A DNA stretch of 64,000 bases from NCBI GenBank assembly GCA_964247055.1, contig OZ176051.1, forward strand, positions 10,602,001 through 10,666,000, in the 5' to 3' direction. A program made the translations under genes and the position numbers. Positions 26,415-41,400 of this stretch are shown here, in pieces; within the stretch, counting starts at the first letter, position 1; each line of letters begins with the position of its first letter. The DNA is from Paragordius varius (lineage: Eukaryota > Animalia > Nematomorpha). The notes below the pieces were generated by a model. It did no database searches. It had not been told where the DNA came from and saw only the letters and a program-made list of their open reading frames with translations.

Positions 26415-29400
26415 CTAAAATATCAAAAATTAAAAATCCCATAAGGAATGGTGTTTGCATATAATTTGCATTGATGAATACATAAATTAATACATGTGTA
26501 AAGATATTAGCTTGATTGGAATTTAATTTCACAGAAACAATGGTAATCACAGGTTTTCATAAGTGGTGTTAAAAATGAATAAATTTATCAAAATTAATAT
26601 TGAAAATTATTTAAAATATCATGCTATGTTTTTTTTGTTGATCAAGCAAGGCGGGTGATTTTCATTGAACCTCAACTATAATAAAACATGTATAAGTTTA
26701 TGATAAGAATATTTTATATGATAATAAATTATATGATTTACCCCCGGCTAAAATATCACAATCCACGATTTCAAAGTGGAATTCATGAACGTTGCCTTGC
26801 AAATTTGATACTGTACCATTCAAACCTATAAGATAGCTGTCTTGTAGCGTTTGAATTATTGGTAAGTCATTAGTATATTGATTGATGGTAATGCTTGTTG
26901 GTAATTGACTAACCGAATTCTGGTGGGAGGATATTTGTTAAAATTTATATAAATATACCATTTACAGTTCAAATTCACCCCTGAACAATCCAAATTCACC
27001 CTAAAATAAATTAGGTGTTTTTAAGATCAAAAATGACCTTTATTTTATAATATTTTTAAAATATAAAATTCTGTTTAAAATTAATATAATGCTGAACAAA
27101 TAATAAACTATGGTCGTAAAAATATATTTCATATTAATGATGAGTTATATTTGCCCGAAAACAGATATCTTTATTTTGGGGTGAATTTGAATTGTTCGAG
27201 GGTGAATTCGAATTGTTCGAGGGTGAATTTGAATTGTAAATGGTATATTATATATATATATATATAAATCGGACAAAATATAAATATATTGCATACTTGA
27301 TGAGCAATAACTATTGGGTTGAAACAGTTAACGAATGGCGTGGTATTGGGTTTAAGAGTCATATAACACATTGTAAATTCACAGGTCTCATTACTGGCCC
27401 CAACGTTTGCGACATACTATAAATATTTATCAAAGAGAGGATTATCAATTATTTAAAAGTTTAAGTTAAAAATATTTATAATAATTAATAACAAAGTAAG
27501 AAATACTTGACTCAATACAGTCATTGGGTACTGTTTACCATACAAATAGGTGATTTGATTAATATCTGTTTTTGATATTACATGACCAACTTCGGATTTG
27601 TATATGTCGGAACCATCAACTCTAACAACTATTTTGTTGGATATTTTTGCCACTTCAATTTCATCGTAGCTGTTTATGTAAATGAGAATATAGTATATTA
27701 GTTATAATTAACTAGGTTGTATGATAAGTTTATGAAAACCAAAATCTTACAAATAGAATGGGATATCATTTCCAAGAATTCTAGTTGTGCTCATTTTAAT
27801 GAATTTTTCGGTTAGGCTTATATCCTCACAGATATCTAATATATGTTATATGATATGATATAATTTTAAAAAATATTATTAAAATTTAATTAATATAAGA
27901 TTGGTGGGTTCAGCTACCTGTTGTTTGAGTAGTTGTTGACATTAATACAATGGGTGTTGTGGATGAACCTTATTATATAAAAGAGTTTAAACAATATGAT
28001 GGTGTCCTAATGTTAAGTCAAAAACATAGTTATAAGCCTACTAATAATCTCGCAAATATAATTTTTGTGATACAGTTGTATCCTTTATTTTATTAAAAAT
28101 TTATTTTTTTCGTTAAATGTGTATAAATATTTAGTAAAGAATGGAAAAAAACAAGAGCTCTATGGTATTAATAACAATATCATATTCATTAAAAAAATAT
28201 TATACCATAAAGGTCTTGTTTTTTCCATTCTTTACCAAATATTTATACCCATTTAACGAAAAATAAATTTTTGATAAAATAAAGGATACATGACTGTATA
28301 TTAATAATTAAATAGTTCTTTGATATTTACCGATTGTAGTTGGTGTTGTTGTGGAAATGTCTCCTGAACCAGAACCTAAAACCAAAAAATGTGATGTCAT
28401 AAATTTTATAATTTTATTTTCATATCTCTATTTTATAATTTTATTGATAATTTATATGTTTTTAACGAAAATTTATTCATAAATTATAATTTTTGGTGAT
28501 GTATGTATCAAATTATTCTAAATATTTACTGAGAGCTATCCATAAATGTATTTTTAATTAAACAAAAAAAGTTATATAGCGATGTTTAAACCTGATTCTG
28601 CAGTCGTGGTGGCTTGAGTGGTAGTAGATGCTGCCATTATAATATAAACAGTTAAATATTAATTGTTAATATTTTGAATGTATAGATTTATATGTAAGAA
28701 GTTTTTTTATAATCAAAAATAATTGTTTAACATTATGCAATAAGAAATAAAGTTTTTTTGTTTTATTTAAATAATGTTCCTAAGTTAACTACTAAATAAT
28801 ATCCACAAGGGAAACATAATTTGCTATAGTTGTTTTTTCGCCTTTTACAGGTGTTAGCCAATAATAATAATAAAATGTTCTTTGCTGTATTTAATAAATT
28901 TGGCTTTAACTAAAGAAATAAAAGCACCTGTCGCAGAGGATGTGGTGTTAAATGGAACGCCTTCGGTAGTTTGGGTGTATAAAGAAGTGGTTGTATCTGA
29001 AATGAAAATTATTACAAATTTAAAATGGTTTTATCAAAAGTTAAGATGTGTTTTTGTTTCTAACATAACTCATTTCAAATCTTTGTGTAAAGGACCACAA
29101 ATATATAATGAATATATAAAACACTACCATATATCGGCATTTTATAGCGGGAAAATAATTTAACAATTAAATGATAAAACATATATAATGTATGTTATGC
29201 AAATGTAATGATTTGCTCTATTTTATAATGTGTTTTGAGTTATGTTTGACTTATCTTTCGTTGAGGCAAATTTATTCTTTGTTGATATATGAATTAAACC
29301 ACTTGGATTTTTATGACATCAACTAAACCAACAATCTTATGGATTACATTGCAATCGATTCTAATTTTTATTCCGGATTTGAATCGGAATCTTTTTGGTT

Positions 29401-32400
29401 AGGGCTCTAACCAGTTTCATTTCATATATTTAAAAAACGGCTTCCTTAGACTTTTGTTTTTATTTTTGGAAAAAAACCTACGTCATGTGTTAGTTTTTGC
29501 ATGTATACTTATGATATATAACCTTTCATAGATTTTCTCATATTTAAATATCATAGTAAAAAAATAAATTTATAATTCTATATAATAATTATGTCACTTT
29601 GTCCACAATCGGCAATAACGAAATCGACGGAGTGAGTGAACCCATGAACTTGCGTATTTCCCGTAATACTTCTGACCAGCGCATTCATAAATATTTTGGG
29701 TTCGAAAGCTTCGGCAGAAACAGATGTTACCACAACACTGTTGGTATTTTGAGTGATTGTAACCTATAATATATCCGTTAAAAGAATATATAATAAATTT
29801 TTTGAGGGAAAATACCAAATAAAATTTTAATATATAGTTTTTTGCTTTTAAAGAAAGTAATTAAATTTTACATTCATTTGCGAAAATTCGTTGTGACAAG
29901 ATGAACTTGTCCCCTCATCGGACGTTCTCATGTACTCTAAACACAAGGTTAAATCTTCCTTTTGGCCAGGGACGTATGTTGCAGAAGCCAATAACTATAG
30001 AAAAGATATTCATTTATTATTAAGCAGTATAGTATTAATGAATGAAAAGGCTCTTAAGGGCAAATATAACTGATAAATTACATCACTAAGTATTTCATAT
30101 TGAGTCGTTTGGAAGACAGTTTGAATTTGACCAAGATAGATATAGTTATTTTGGCTAATATTGTTTCTGTGACAAACTTGACAACCTATGCTGAAATCCT
30201 CTTGAGTGGCTGAAATTGTATTGAAGATTTCGAAAACATCGAAATTCAAAACTCTCTTATTATCCAAGGTCGATTTAATGTATATTTTTGGAGGTCTAGC
30301 GAAATTTAAAATATAAAAAAATATAATAAATATAATTTGTGATGGTCAAATGTTCCAAAAGATGGAATATAACAAATTAATCTAGGCCATTAGAAATATA
30401 ACAAGTAAAATACTTGGAAATAATAAATTATTAATTACAGATATGAGGTGGCAGCATTCAATCCTAATATCTTGACAATTTCGGTTGTTTCGTAATATTT
30501 TGATTCAGATACATAGTCACATATATTGTTAGGGGGACTCACTGTATGATATGAAATATTTAGCATTAGAATTAATTCTGAAAACTCAAAATGTTGCAAA
30601 AAATTAATAAAACTTTAAGTTACCTGTTGTTGCGGTTGTGTAACCAGAACCACTGCCTATAAAATAAATATATATTATTTTATAAAAATCCTCAAAAAAA
30701 ACAATTTTAAACCAATAAAGTATATTTACCAGATTGCGTGGTTGATGAGGGACCTGTTGTGCTTGATGATGCATTAGCGCTTGTCGTAGCTATTTATATA
30801 AAAAATCTTTTCGTGATTCATTTTATCGGTAATAATTTTTAGGATGAAAAAGAAATGACAATAAAAATATATTTTTATAGCTATAAATATGTAAATAAGC
30901 CGGAAAGGGACGACCGGAATGAAAATACCATTATGTCAATTTACTAGTCATATTTTTAAAAAATATTTATAAGATTGCTGCCCCTGACACCATTTAGATT
31001 CGGTATCGATGAATATTTTAAACACTAAACACAATTTATACTCCTAATTATTTACTTGTTTCAAGAGTGGTAGTTTCAACAGTAGTAGATTCAGATGATT
31101 TCGGCACTAATCATAAAATGATAATATTTTATTTATATATTTATTAAAATAAAAATATAATAGTAAAAAGGTTTTTTTACCTGTCGTTGTTGGGTACGTT
31201 ATTGAAGTTGTTGACATGTCTCCAGAACCGGAACCTTAAAACAAAGAATAATGTTTATAAAAAATAATTTTTTTGTTTAAAAAAAAAAGATTATAGTTTT
31301 TTAAACCTGATTCTGTGGTGGTAGAGGAGGCTTCAGTGGTAGTAGATGCTGGCACTATAAAATATTAATTTTATAATTAGTAATTTTATATAAAAATTCA
31401 ATGTTAAAGAAATATTTTTATGGTGATTAATGCTCACTTGTATCGCAGTCTGTGCTTGTTGTGGTTGGAATTGCTGTTAGGAAGATAAGATATTAATTTC
31501 AAAAATATTGATTGAAAAAAGTTAAGTGAATTTATTTAAAATAAACATGCCCTTAGACTCAGGAGTATCCAACCAAATGGCTTAGCGGGACGCATTCGTA
31601 AAATATATGGACTTTATTAAATATTTTAATTTTCTTAAATAAATCTGGTAAATACTATTTTATAATCAATTTTCACCTGTTCATTAAATTTGTTTAAGGA
31701 AAACAATCTAATTTATATTTGAAATTTCTCACAGGCGCCGCATGCAAACCGCGGGCCCTAAAATTATTATAAAATTTTATCAAATAAATTAGCATTATAA
31801 ATATGCCAAATTAATGGTATAGTTATGGATGAAATTTTATTACACAGCCAATAGTATATTCAATTTTAATCGTAGGCTATATTGTCACCATATGTTTGCA
31901 TTGTATTACTCATTGACATGCATTTTTGGAGCGTATGAGTTACTTTTTTTACAAATTAAAAACTCAACTCCTACACGCATTATTGATTTCAAGAAAAAAT
32001 GACCCAAATCTGTCATTTTTGGTAAAATATATTCTTCTATAAGGAAATGATTACATTAATTTTCTTTTTTTATTAATTTAATCAATTATCGTCATCACGC
32101 ATAAACAAATTTCTTGACTGCTTCAAAATTAAGTTGTATTTTGAAACAAAATAATTATAATCCTTTTTAACATTTTTTACGAGGTTGTCGAGTGCGTTTA
32201 GGTGGGACCTCCACCTATCAATTAATACTAAAATTATTTACTTGTTTCAAAAGGGGTAGTCTCAGCAGTAGTAGATTGAGTTGATTGTGATACTAAACAT
32301 AAATAGAAATAATTATTTTTATATATTTGTTAATATAATAGTAAATATAATTTTATGTTTTTTACCCGTAGTTGTTGGGTAAGTTACTGGAGTTGTTGAC

Positions 32401-35400
32401 ATTTCTCCAGAACCGGAACCTTAAAACAAAGAATAATGTTTATAAAAAATAATTTTTTTGTTTTGAAAAAAAAAGATTATAGTTTTTATAAACCTGATTC
32501 TGTGGTGGTAGAGGAGGCTTCAGTGGTAGTAGATGCTGGCACTATAAAATATATTATTTATAATTAGTTTTTTTATAAAAAAATTTAATGTTAAAGAAAT
32601 ATTTTTATGGTGAGTAATACTCACTTGTATCGCAGTCAGTGCTTGTTGTAGTTGGAATTGCTGTTAAAATAAATAATAATTTTAAAAATATTTATTGAAA
32701 ACTTTAAGTGGATATTTTATTCAAACAAACATGTCCTCAGACGCAGGAATGTCCAACACAAATGGCTTAGCGGGCCGCATTTTGATATCAAAAAAACCAA
32801 CGGACCGCAGTCTCAAAATATATGGACATAAATATTTTATTAAATTTCTTACCATAAATCTTTAAAAACTATTTTATAATCGATTTCACCTGTTCATTGC
32901 CGAAATTTAGAAAGATTTATTCAGAAAATTTGTTTAAGGAAAACAATTTATCTTAGATTTGGAAATTTATGTGTGTGCAGCATGCAGACCGCGGGGCCTT
33001 AAAGTAACATATACAATTATTATTATCAAAATTACAAATACATTAGCATTATAACAATGCCAAATTAATGGTATAGTTAAGGATGAAATTTCATTTCACA
33101 GCCAATAGTATTATTTAGTTTCAATCGTAAGCTATATTGTCACAATATGTTTGGATTGGATTACTTGACTGATATAAACCATGAATGACTGCATTTTTTA
33201 ACGTATCAGTTATTTTGTTTTACAAATTAAAAACCAACCCCTAACATTATTGATTTGCAAAACAATCACCCAAATCTGCCACTTTTAGTAAGATATCTAC
33301 TATTTACAATTCAAATTCACCAACAAAATAACTAAAATAAATCATGTGTTTTTTTAGGGAAAAAAATTACCTTTATTTTTTAATATTTTTAAACTGTTTA
33401 AAATTAATATATGGCTGAAAAAATAATAAATATTTTCATATTAATAATTAGTTATAATAGTCCGAAAATACATAATTTATTTTTTGTATCAATTTGATTG
33501 TTAAAGGGTGAATTTGATTTAAGAGTGTGAATTGTAAATTTAACTATAAGGAAATGGGTTTTTTAATTTGTATTTTATTAAATACATCATTTAAAAAGTC
33601 GTACTAAAAAAGGGTTCTAATGAATTTGGTGATCATCACACATTAACAAATTTCTTGACTCCTTTAAAATAAAGTTTTATTTTGCAAAATAATAATTATA
33701 ATCCTTTTTAACATTTTTTCAAGGGTTTCGAGTCCGTTTAGGTGGGACCTCCACCAATCAATTAATACCGAAAATTATTTACTTGTTTCGAAAGGGGTAG
33801 TCTCGGCCGTAGTAGATTGAGTTGATTGTGGTACTAAACATGGAAATAATTATTTATATATTTGTTATTAACATAAAAATATAATTTTGTATTGTTTTAC
33901 CTGTCGTTGTAGGGTAAGTTGTTGGAGTTGTTGACATGTCTCCAGAACCGGAACCTTAAAACAAAGAATAATGTTTATAAAAATATTTTTTTTGCTTTAA
34001 AAAAAAACAAAAAAATTATTATTTTAAAAAACCTGATTCTGTGGTCGTAGTTCCTTCAGTAGTAGTAGATGCTGGCACTATAAAATATATTTTATAAAAT
34101 TTTGTTTTAAAATTCAATGTTATAGAAATATTTTTATGGTGGTTAATGCTCACTTGTATCGCAGTCAGTGCTTGTTGTGGTTGGTATCGCTGTTAAAATA
34201 AATAATAATTTTAAAAATATTGATAACTTGGGATAAACATTCATTTAATTTATAGTTATCTTAGATAATTAATTGGTATATAAAATTTAAGCATATGTAT
34301 TAGCTTTTTAATTTAATAAATTATTTGAATCATAATAACAATATTAATATAATTTTGAGTAAAGGTTTGTATATATATAAACATGCTTTTTTCGCATTTG
34401 TATGACCGTCAATGACTGCATTTATGAGATGTGTGATTTTGTCAAATCAAAATGACAAATTTACCACAAGCTTTTTTTGTAATTAATGGTTGCGTTTGTT
34501 AAAAAGGAATATCTTGTAATTCATGCAAAATATTTTAAATTCATTTTTATATATGCCATTTACAATTCAAATTCACCCTTGCTCAATTCAAATCCACCCT
34601 CGAACAATTCAAATTCACTTTTAAGATTAAATATTACGTATATTTTTATATATTAAAAAAATGAAATTTTGTTTTTACAATAATACTGAAAAAAAACAAT
34701 AAACTATGATGTTATAAAAATATATTTTACATTAATAATGAGTTATATTAGTTCGAAAACACAATTTATTTTTAGGGTGAATTTGAATTTTTTAAGGGGT
34801 GAATTTAAACCATTTAAGTTTGGCCTCATCCACTGTGCATTTTATGATAAGTAAAAAGTATACTCAAAAGTATTTACTTGTTTCAAAAGGCGTAGTTTCT
34901 GCAGTAGTAGAAGATGAATCTGGTATCAAATACGAAAAATAAGAAAAGTTAGTTTTTTGTAGGTTAATTAATTTTTGAAATAAATATATTTTCATATATT
35001 TTTTATATACCGGTCGTTGTTGAATGTGTCATTGGAGTTGATTTAGATGTTGACATATCTCCAGAACCGGATCCTTAAATATAAAAAAATTATGATTTTA
35101 ACGATAAAAAAGAAAGATTATTTTTTTTATACAAACCTGATTCCGTGGTCGTAGATGATTGTGTTGCAGAGGTTGTTGTTGGCACTATAAATATATAAAG
35201 TATTTGCAGATAATATTCTAAAATATCTATATCAATATTTAGCATTAATCATCGTATTAGGTCATTTTAATTAAATTTTCCTTAATTGTTTCATTGTGAT
35301 TGGTAAAAATTAAGACCATATCAAACAATGCCTTTTTCCCAAAAAATAAAAAACCAGAGTCAAATTTTGTAGATGAAGTCACAAATTGAGAAGATAATGT

Positions 35401-38400
35401 AATTTCTATATAATCGAATTTATGCAAATAAAAAATATTTTATTCTATAAATCTCTCAGTAAAAAATTAATTTTAAAGAGAAATTTACCAGTCGTGGATG
35501 ATACTACGGTTGTGTTGTAAGCATCACCGGTAGTTGATTTTACATATACGGACGTGGTTGTTTCTATTGTCAAACAGTAGAGAAAAAGTATATATAAGTT
35601 ATTATTTCTTTAAGAATTATAATATGAGATTAGCTAAATTATTAAAACTATATAATCATTTTAAAAGCTAATTACATAACTTATACGATTGATTTTAAAT
35701 TGGTAATTCGTAAAATTTATCTATTATGATGTAAGTTTTGTTTTATAATATATTGATCAAAATTAAAGAGTTACCTTGTTGATCACCACATTCGGCAATA
35801 ACAAAATCGACAGAATGATAAAATCCATATATTTTGGTTTTTCCTGTAATGCTAATGATCAATGCATCTTCAAAAGTGATTGGTTCAGTTTGCGAGGACT
35901 CAGACCCCACTACGACACTATTTTTACCTTGAGTAATTGTAACCTATAACATTCATTTTTGTTAAAAAGAGAAGTTTTATTAATAATATAAATCAATTTT
36001 TAATTAAAGTGGATGATGATTTAATTAAAAAAAATACATTCATTTGGGAAAACTCTTTGGTACAAACAACATTATTCAACCCGTCGGCCGTTCTCAGGTA
36101 ATGTAAGCAAAGGCTTAAATCTTCTTTCTGGTTGGGTGTATATGTTGTCACAGCAAACAACTAAACAATAATTATATATGATATAAGAAATAAAATCAAT
36201 TGATAATATATATATATATATATATATATATAGTAAAATGGATGAAATAAACAACTTTACAAGAAATAAAGAAATAATTAACAAATTACATCACTAAGAA
36301 TATTGTATTGGGCGGTACCAAACACAGATTTAATTCCATTAAGATAACCATTCGTTATTTGACTAATATCATTTTTTTGAATATCTTGACAGCTCATAGA
36401 ACCAACGCCTCCGATACATCCTGGATAAATTGTGTTGAAAATTTCGGACATATCAAAACTTAAAATTCTCTTGTTATCCGTAGTGGGTATAATAAAGATT
36501 TGCTCAGGTCTGTATAATAACATAAAATTATATCAAAATTATATTGTTATTAGTCGTGTAGCTTACAAGGAAAATTAAGTCTTATAAAATCCTACCAAGA
36601 TTTAAGTGAGAAAGTTGAAAAATAGCGCTTTTGATATTAAATTATTTTATTTTTAAAAGTTTAAAAAAGTTCAGCCGTAATGTGTTATGTGGGATTAATT
36701 ATTTCATTATCAGTTTTTTTGGGATTACATTATATATCAAATATGTTTTGTTAAAATAATTGTAAAGGATGCCTTGTTGATTGACTCTAATGGAGTTAAA
36801 AAACTTATCTATGAATCTAGAAAAAAAGTTGAATTTTCAGCTGCGAAGACTTTCATTCATTTACTTTTATAATTTGTTATATTAAATGAATATGCATTCT
36901 ATCAAAAATAATATCATAATATGCCCTAATTGCGATATTGCGATATGTGATAAAGTAACAAATTCTTAAATAACCCAATTCTCATAACCTAAGGCCCTCT
37001 GTTTTGATATGTATTATGATTCTGTTTTTATCGTTTTAATCAAAGTGCCTAAAAATAATTAAAAAAACTTACAAGGAAAGTGTGGTTTCATTCAGTCCTA
37101 ACATTTTAAGAATTTCCAAGGTGTCGTAATTTTTTGCTTCGGATGTGAAGTCACATACGTTGGTGGGGGGTGTCGCTTTAAGATTTAAATATTTTTTAGT
37201 TAGAAAAAAAATAAATACCAAAGTATTTTAAAAAAGTAAGCAAAAATTACTTGTTGTTGTCGTAGATCCAGAACCACTACCTAAAAAATAAAAATATTGT
37301 AAAATTAGCATGGTATATATAAATGTATATATGAATAATATATTTAATGTTGATTTAAAATTTACCAGATTCCGTTGTAGTTGAGGGAGTTGATGAGCTT
37401 GTTGACTCAGTGCTTATGGTACCTACATATATAAAACAAAATATATACAAATTAAATTACATTGAAATAAGTAATTTCAGTGACAATTTTTTCTCACTTA
37501 ATGGACTGGTGAAACCTGATCCAGATCCGCCTGCAAAAGCAAAGAAAAGACATTAATAGATGTTTGTATATGGGTATATTTTTAACAATTAATTTTAATC
37601 ATAATCTAATTTACTTTGTGTCGTGTAAGCAGTAGGCGAAGTGGTAGGTATAACTAAAGCAATAGTAGGAAATTATATTTTAGTTATTTATGGAAAAATA
37701 TCATATTTTTAATATTAAATTATAATTAACGTTTTTATTGTTTTTACTTTCATCGCATTCTTTAATCACAATATTTGCCGTATGGTGATATCCATGAATG
37801 TTGTAAAAACCTCTCACTTCAGCAACAAAGGCATTCTTAGTCCTATTTATGCTCGGTTGTCCGTTAACATGTGTTATTACCGTAACATAATTTGGTTCTT
37901 GACGAATTGTTGCCTTTTATGTTTTATAATAAAAAATTTTAAATTTGTAAAAAATGAATTATGTATTGAAATCAGAAGAGTTTTTTTGGAAGAATTTTAG
38001 CTTAACATACTGTTTGAACCAAAAAATGGCCATTACGGTTTCAAATAATTTACTGAATCGTTTAAAATATTTTATATTTCGCAAAAAAGTGTTCAAACAA
38101 TAATATTTCCGTTCACACATTTAAATTTTTAGGACCGAAACCAATTGCCCATATTAGTTATTCTCAAAAAAATATTTGCAATCCAATTTTTGGAAGAACG
38201 TTTAAGGACCGAAAAAATCGGAGGTGCAACAAATTTCTGCATTATTACTCCCTTGCTTTTTAGTAGCGACCCACCTAAACCCCATAAAGGGAAAATGGAA
38301 CATTTTCCGTGTTATTATTTTCAAACTACTAATACAACAAAAAACGCATTTATGATTTTGGCCATATATGGAAATGGTATATTTTTACCCTTAAAATATA

Positions 38401-41400
38401 AAAAAATTGTTTGCTTAGCCAAGAGTTGGCCAAAGTTGATTTTGGTCTTAATGCAAACTAGGGTAATTCTAATAACTTAAATTTTGTACACTATAAATTG
38501 GGACAATAAAATAGGTGTTACATTTCTATATTCAGTCATGGGTGAAAAACATTTCGTTCGATGCGTGGTTTCATCACGATCAAGGAAGAATGTACAGATA
38601 AGTAATAAGGCTCTTCCCGTCATATTTTGTTCCACATATAGCTGCAAATAAAACAGGAATATTATTATAAATATATAAGAATTGTTGGTATGAAGAAATG
38701 TTTTTTCCTTATTTAAGAGACAAACAAACTTACATTGCTTTCTATGGTAACGTTTTGAGTTTGGAAGGTTCGTTGAACAAAAACTATTTCGTTCAATTTG
38801 AAACGGTCGACTTTGTTAATCAAAGATATACATTCAGGCCTATTGTGATAACAATCGATTGATGTATTATATATTTCTTTGGCATCAATGACCCAAGTCA
38901 GGGTAGTTCCGTCGCGACGGATAAATGTTTTTTCTGGCCTAAATGGATTTGAAAAATATAATAAGGAATTTTTTTCTAATATTTTAATAAAACTATTTTT
39001 GAAATAAATATAGGGGTAATAAAATTTACAAGTATTTTGGATAATTAGGGATATTAAGGACTTTTCTCATGTCGTACCATCCAGTTTCAGTAATCTCTTT
39101 GCATATATCGGTTGCTAAAAGATTAATATATACGCACAGTAATTAAATGAAATATATATAATTTAAAAATATGCTAAATATATTTTCATTCAAAAAAAAC
39201 AAGGTGTCTCTTTTCCTTTAAAGAAATAAATAGCATATTATAAATCTTTATTTAAATTTTTTGATATGGGTGACATCTAGTTTATATAGTTTTGATTACA
39301 GTATATAGCCATATCTCAATGGTTTCATAGGAATTTAAATTGCCAATAGGGAAAAATATCCAAGTTTGCTCATACATATATTTTAATTTTTATTCCTTCT
39401 TGGTAATTTAAAAGTAATATTAGCCAATATAGCTGTTTACTGTATTTATAAAATAAATAAATATGTTTACGTTGTTGGGTGGTGGTTGTAATAATAGATG
39501 GTGTGGTCGTACCTAAAATAGAAAATAATATTTTAATAATTTTATATATTAAAAACACTATATCTTAAAGTCATCATAACTAATGAAAATTAAAAAATCT
39601 TTTTAAAGGTAAATTATTATAACTATACTTTTGTATGGCGTGGTAGTTGAAATTGTCCCTGGTGTTGTACTTTCAGTTTTTACTAATTGAATAATTTATT
39701 AATTTGAAAAATTAATGCATAAAAAGGTCTGTTTTAATTTTTTGGAAAAAATGTTAATTTTAGCTCACTTGAAGGATCAGACACGGTGGATGATGTTGGG
39801 GTGACTGTAGTTGTGCTACTGCCTAATAAATTACATAATAATGTTGGTTGACAAATATAAAATTGTTATAATATTTTTTTATCTACAATTATTAATTTTT
39901 TTGAAAAAAAAATTAAAAAATTACCAGAAGAATCTATGGGTGTAGTTGTTTCAGTGGGAACTGTTGAAACAGTGGTGGATACTGTATATTAATAATTATA
40001 TTAGAATAAGAGTTGATTCGCATCTCCTAATTTAATCAAATAAATTTTGGGCTTAAAGGGGATTATTAATAAAATATTTTTCTATTCCATTTTTTATATA
40101 AAGAAACAGAAGTTTACAAATATAATTCAAATATAATAATTATTATTTATTATATTAATTATTGCTCTTAAGTAAATTAAATAATTATATTAATTGTAAA
40201 AAAGATATACCAGAGTCGACAGGGGTTGTAGTTTCAGTGGTAGGAGTTGTTGAAATGGTGGATACTAAAAATATTAGAGTCAAAATATAAAAACAAAAAG
40301 ACAAATATATTTTAAAAAAAAGACCGTTATATACATTCTTTAAAATAAAAACTGCAATGTATGAAATAGAAATGTCAATTTGTAACACAACCTATTAGAT
40401 AATTAACAATTGCAATAAAATGTTTATATAGTAAAATTAATGTTTAATTAATAAGAGAATTTAATTTTATAACATATTCCCCAAAAAGAAAGCCAGATAT
40501 ATGGCATAATAAATATTTTACCTGGAGCGCAATTATCAATGATAATACGAATGGAATGATATGCCCCATTTAAGTCATAAGAGCCTGAAGTTTTAGTTAC
40601 GAAAGCTAACGCTTTTCTATTTTGAATAGGTTCACCGTTTACAAGCATATCCATAAGTAATCCATCCGATTCTTGTTTAACATTCAACTAAAAATAAATT
40701 TAAATAATAAAAAATTAATAATGTTTTTTAGGTATTCTCTCCAAAAATTTATATAGCATGCAACATATAATAAAATTATTATTAGTATATTCAAATTTTC
40801 ATTACTATTTTCTCATTGGTTTCTGGGATATGACATGTTGAATAAAGACCTTCTGTAAGTTGGGAATAGCAAACGGTTAGTGTTGCTTTAGAAGTGGTAT
40901 TTTTATCATGTAGATCAAACTATATATATAAAAATAATTATAAAATTATTTACAATATAATTTATAAAAATGTCAGTCAGTTAGTTAAATGATAACTTAC
41001 ATCGCTAACAAACTCATAATCTTGCACGCCAAACGCATTTGTAACAAATCTTAAGGCTTGAACACCATATCTACGGACAGAATTTACAGCTGCATCGCAG
41101 TTTGGATCAAAAAGAGGGCAGATATTTTTATTTGCCTCATAGATTTCGGGGAAATCTAAGGTCCATACTAATTGGCCTTGAGGAGTTCGTTCAATGAATG
41201 GATTCATAGGTCTACACAAATATTTAGTGGAATTAAAAAAACGTTTTTTACCATTGTTTTCAGAATTCTGGTTCATTATAAAATTAATAACCTAATTACT
41301 TCTCTGATTTTAAATCAATGGCGCCCGAACCAACATAAATGGCTTTGCGGTGTTTATTTTCGATCAAAAAAAATAGGCGGCCTTCGAAATGTTTTAATAA

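Noticed and set aside
29598-35943. SVVV in modules 7 and 8 as a SEA-domain autocleavage site
   Set aside because: The motif is N-SVVV, not G-SVVV, is absent from the other seven copies, and the module is longer and more Cys-rich than SEA.
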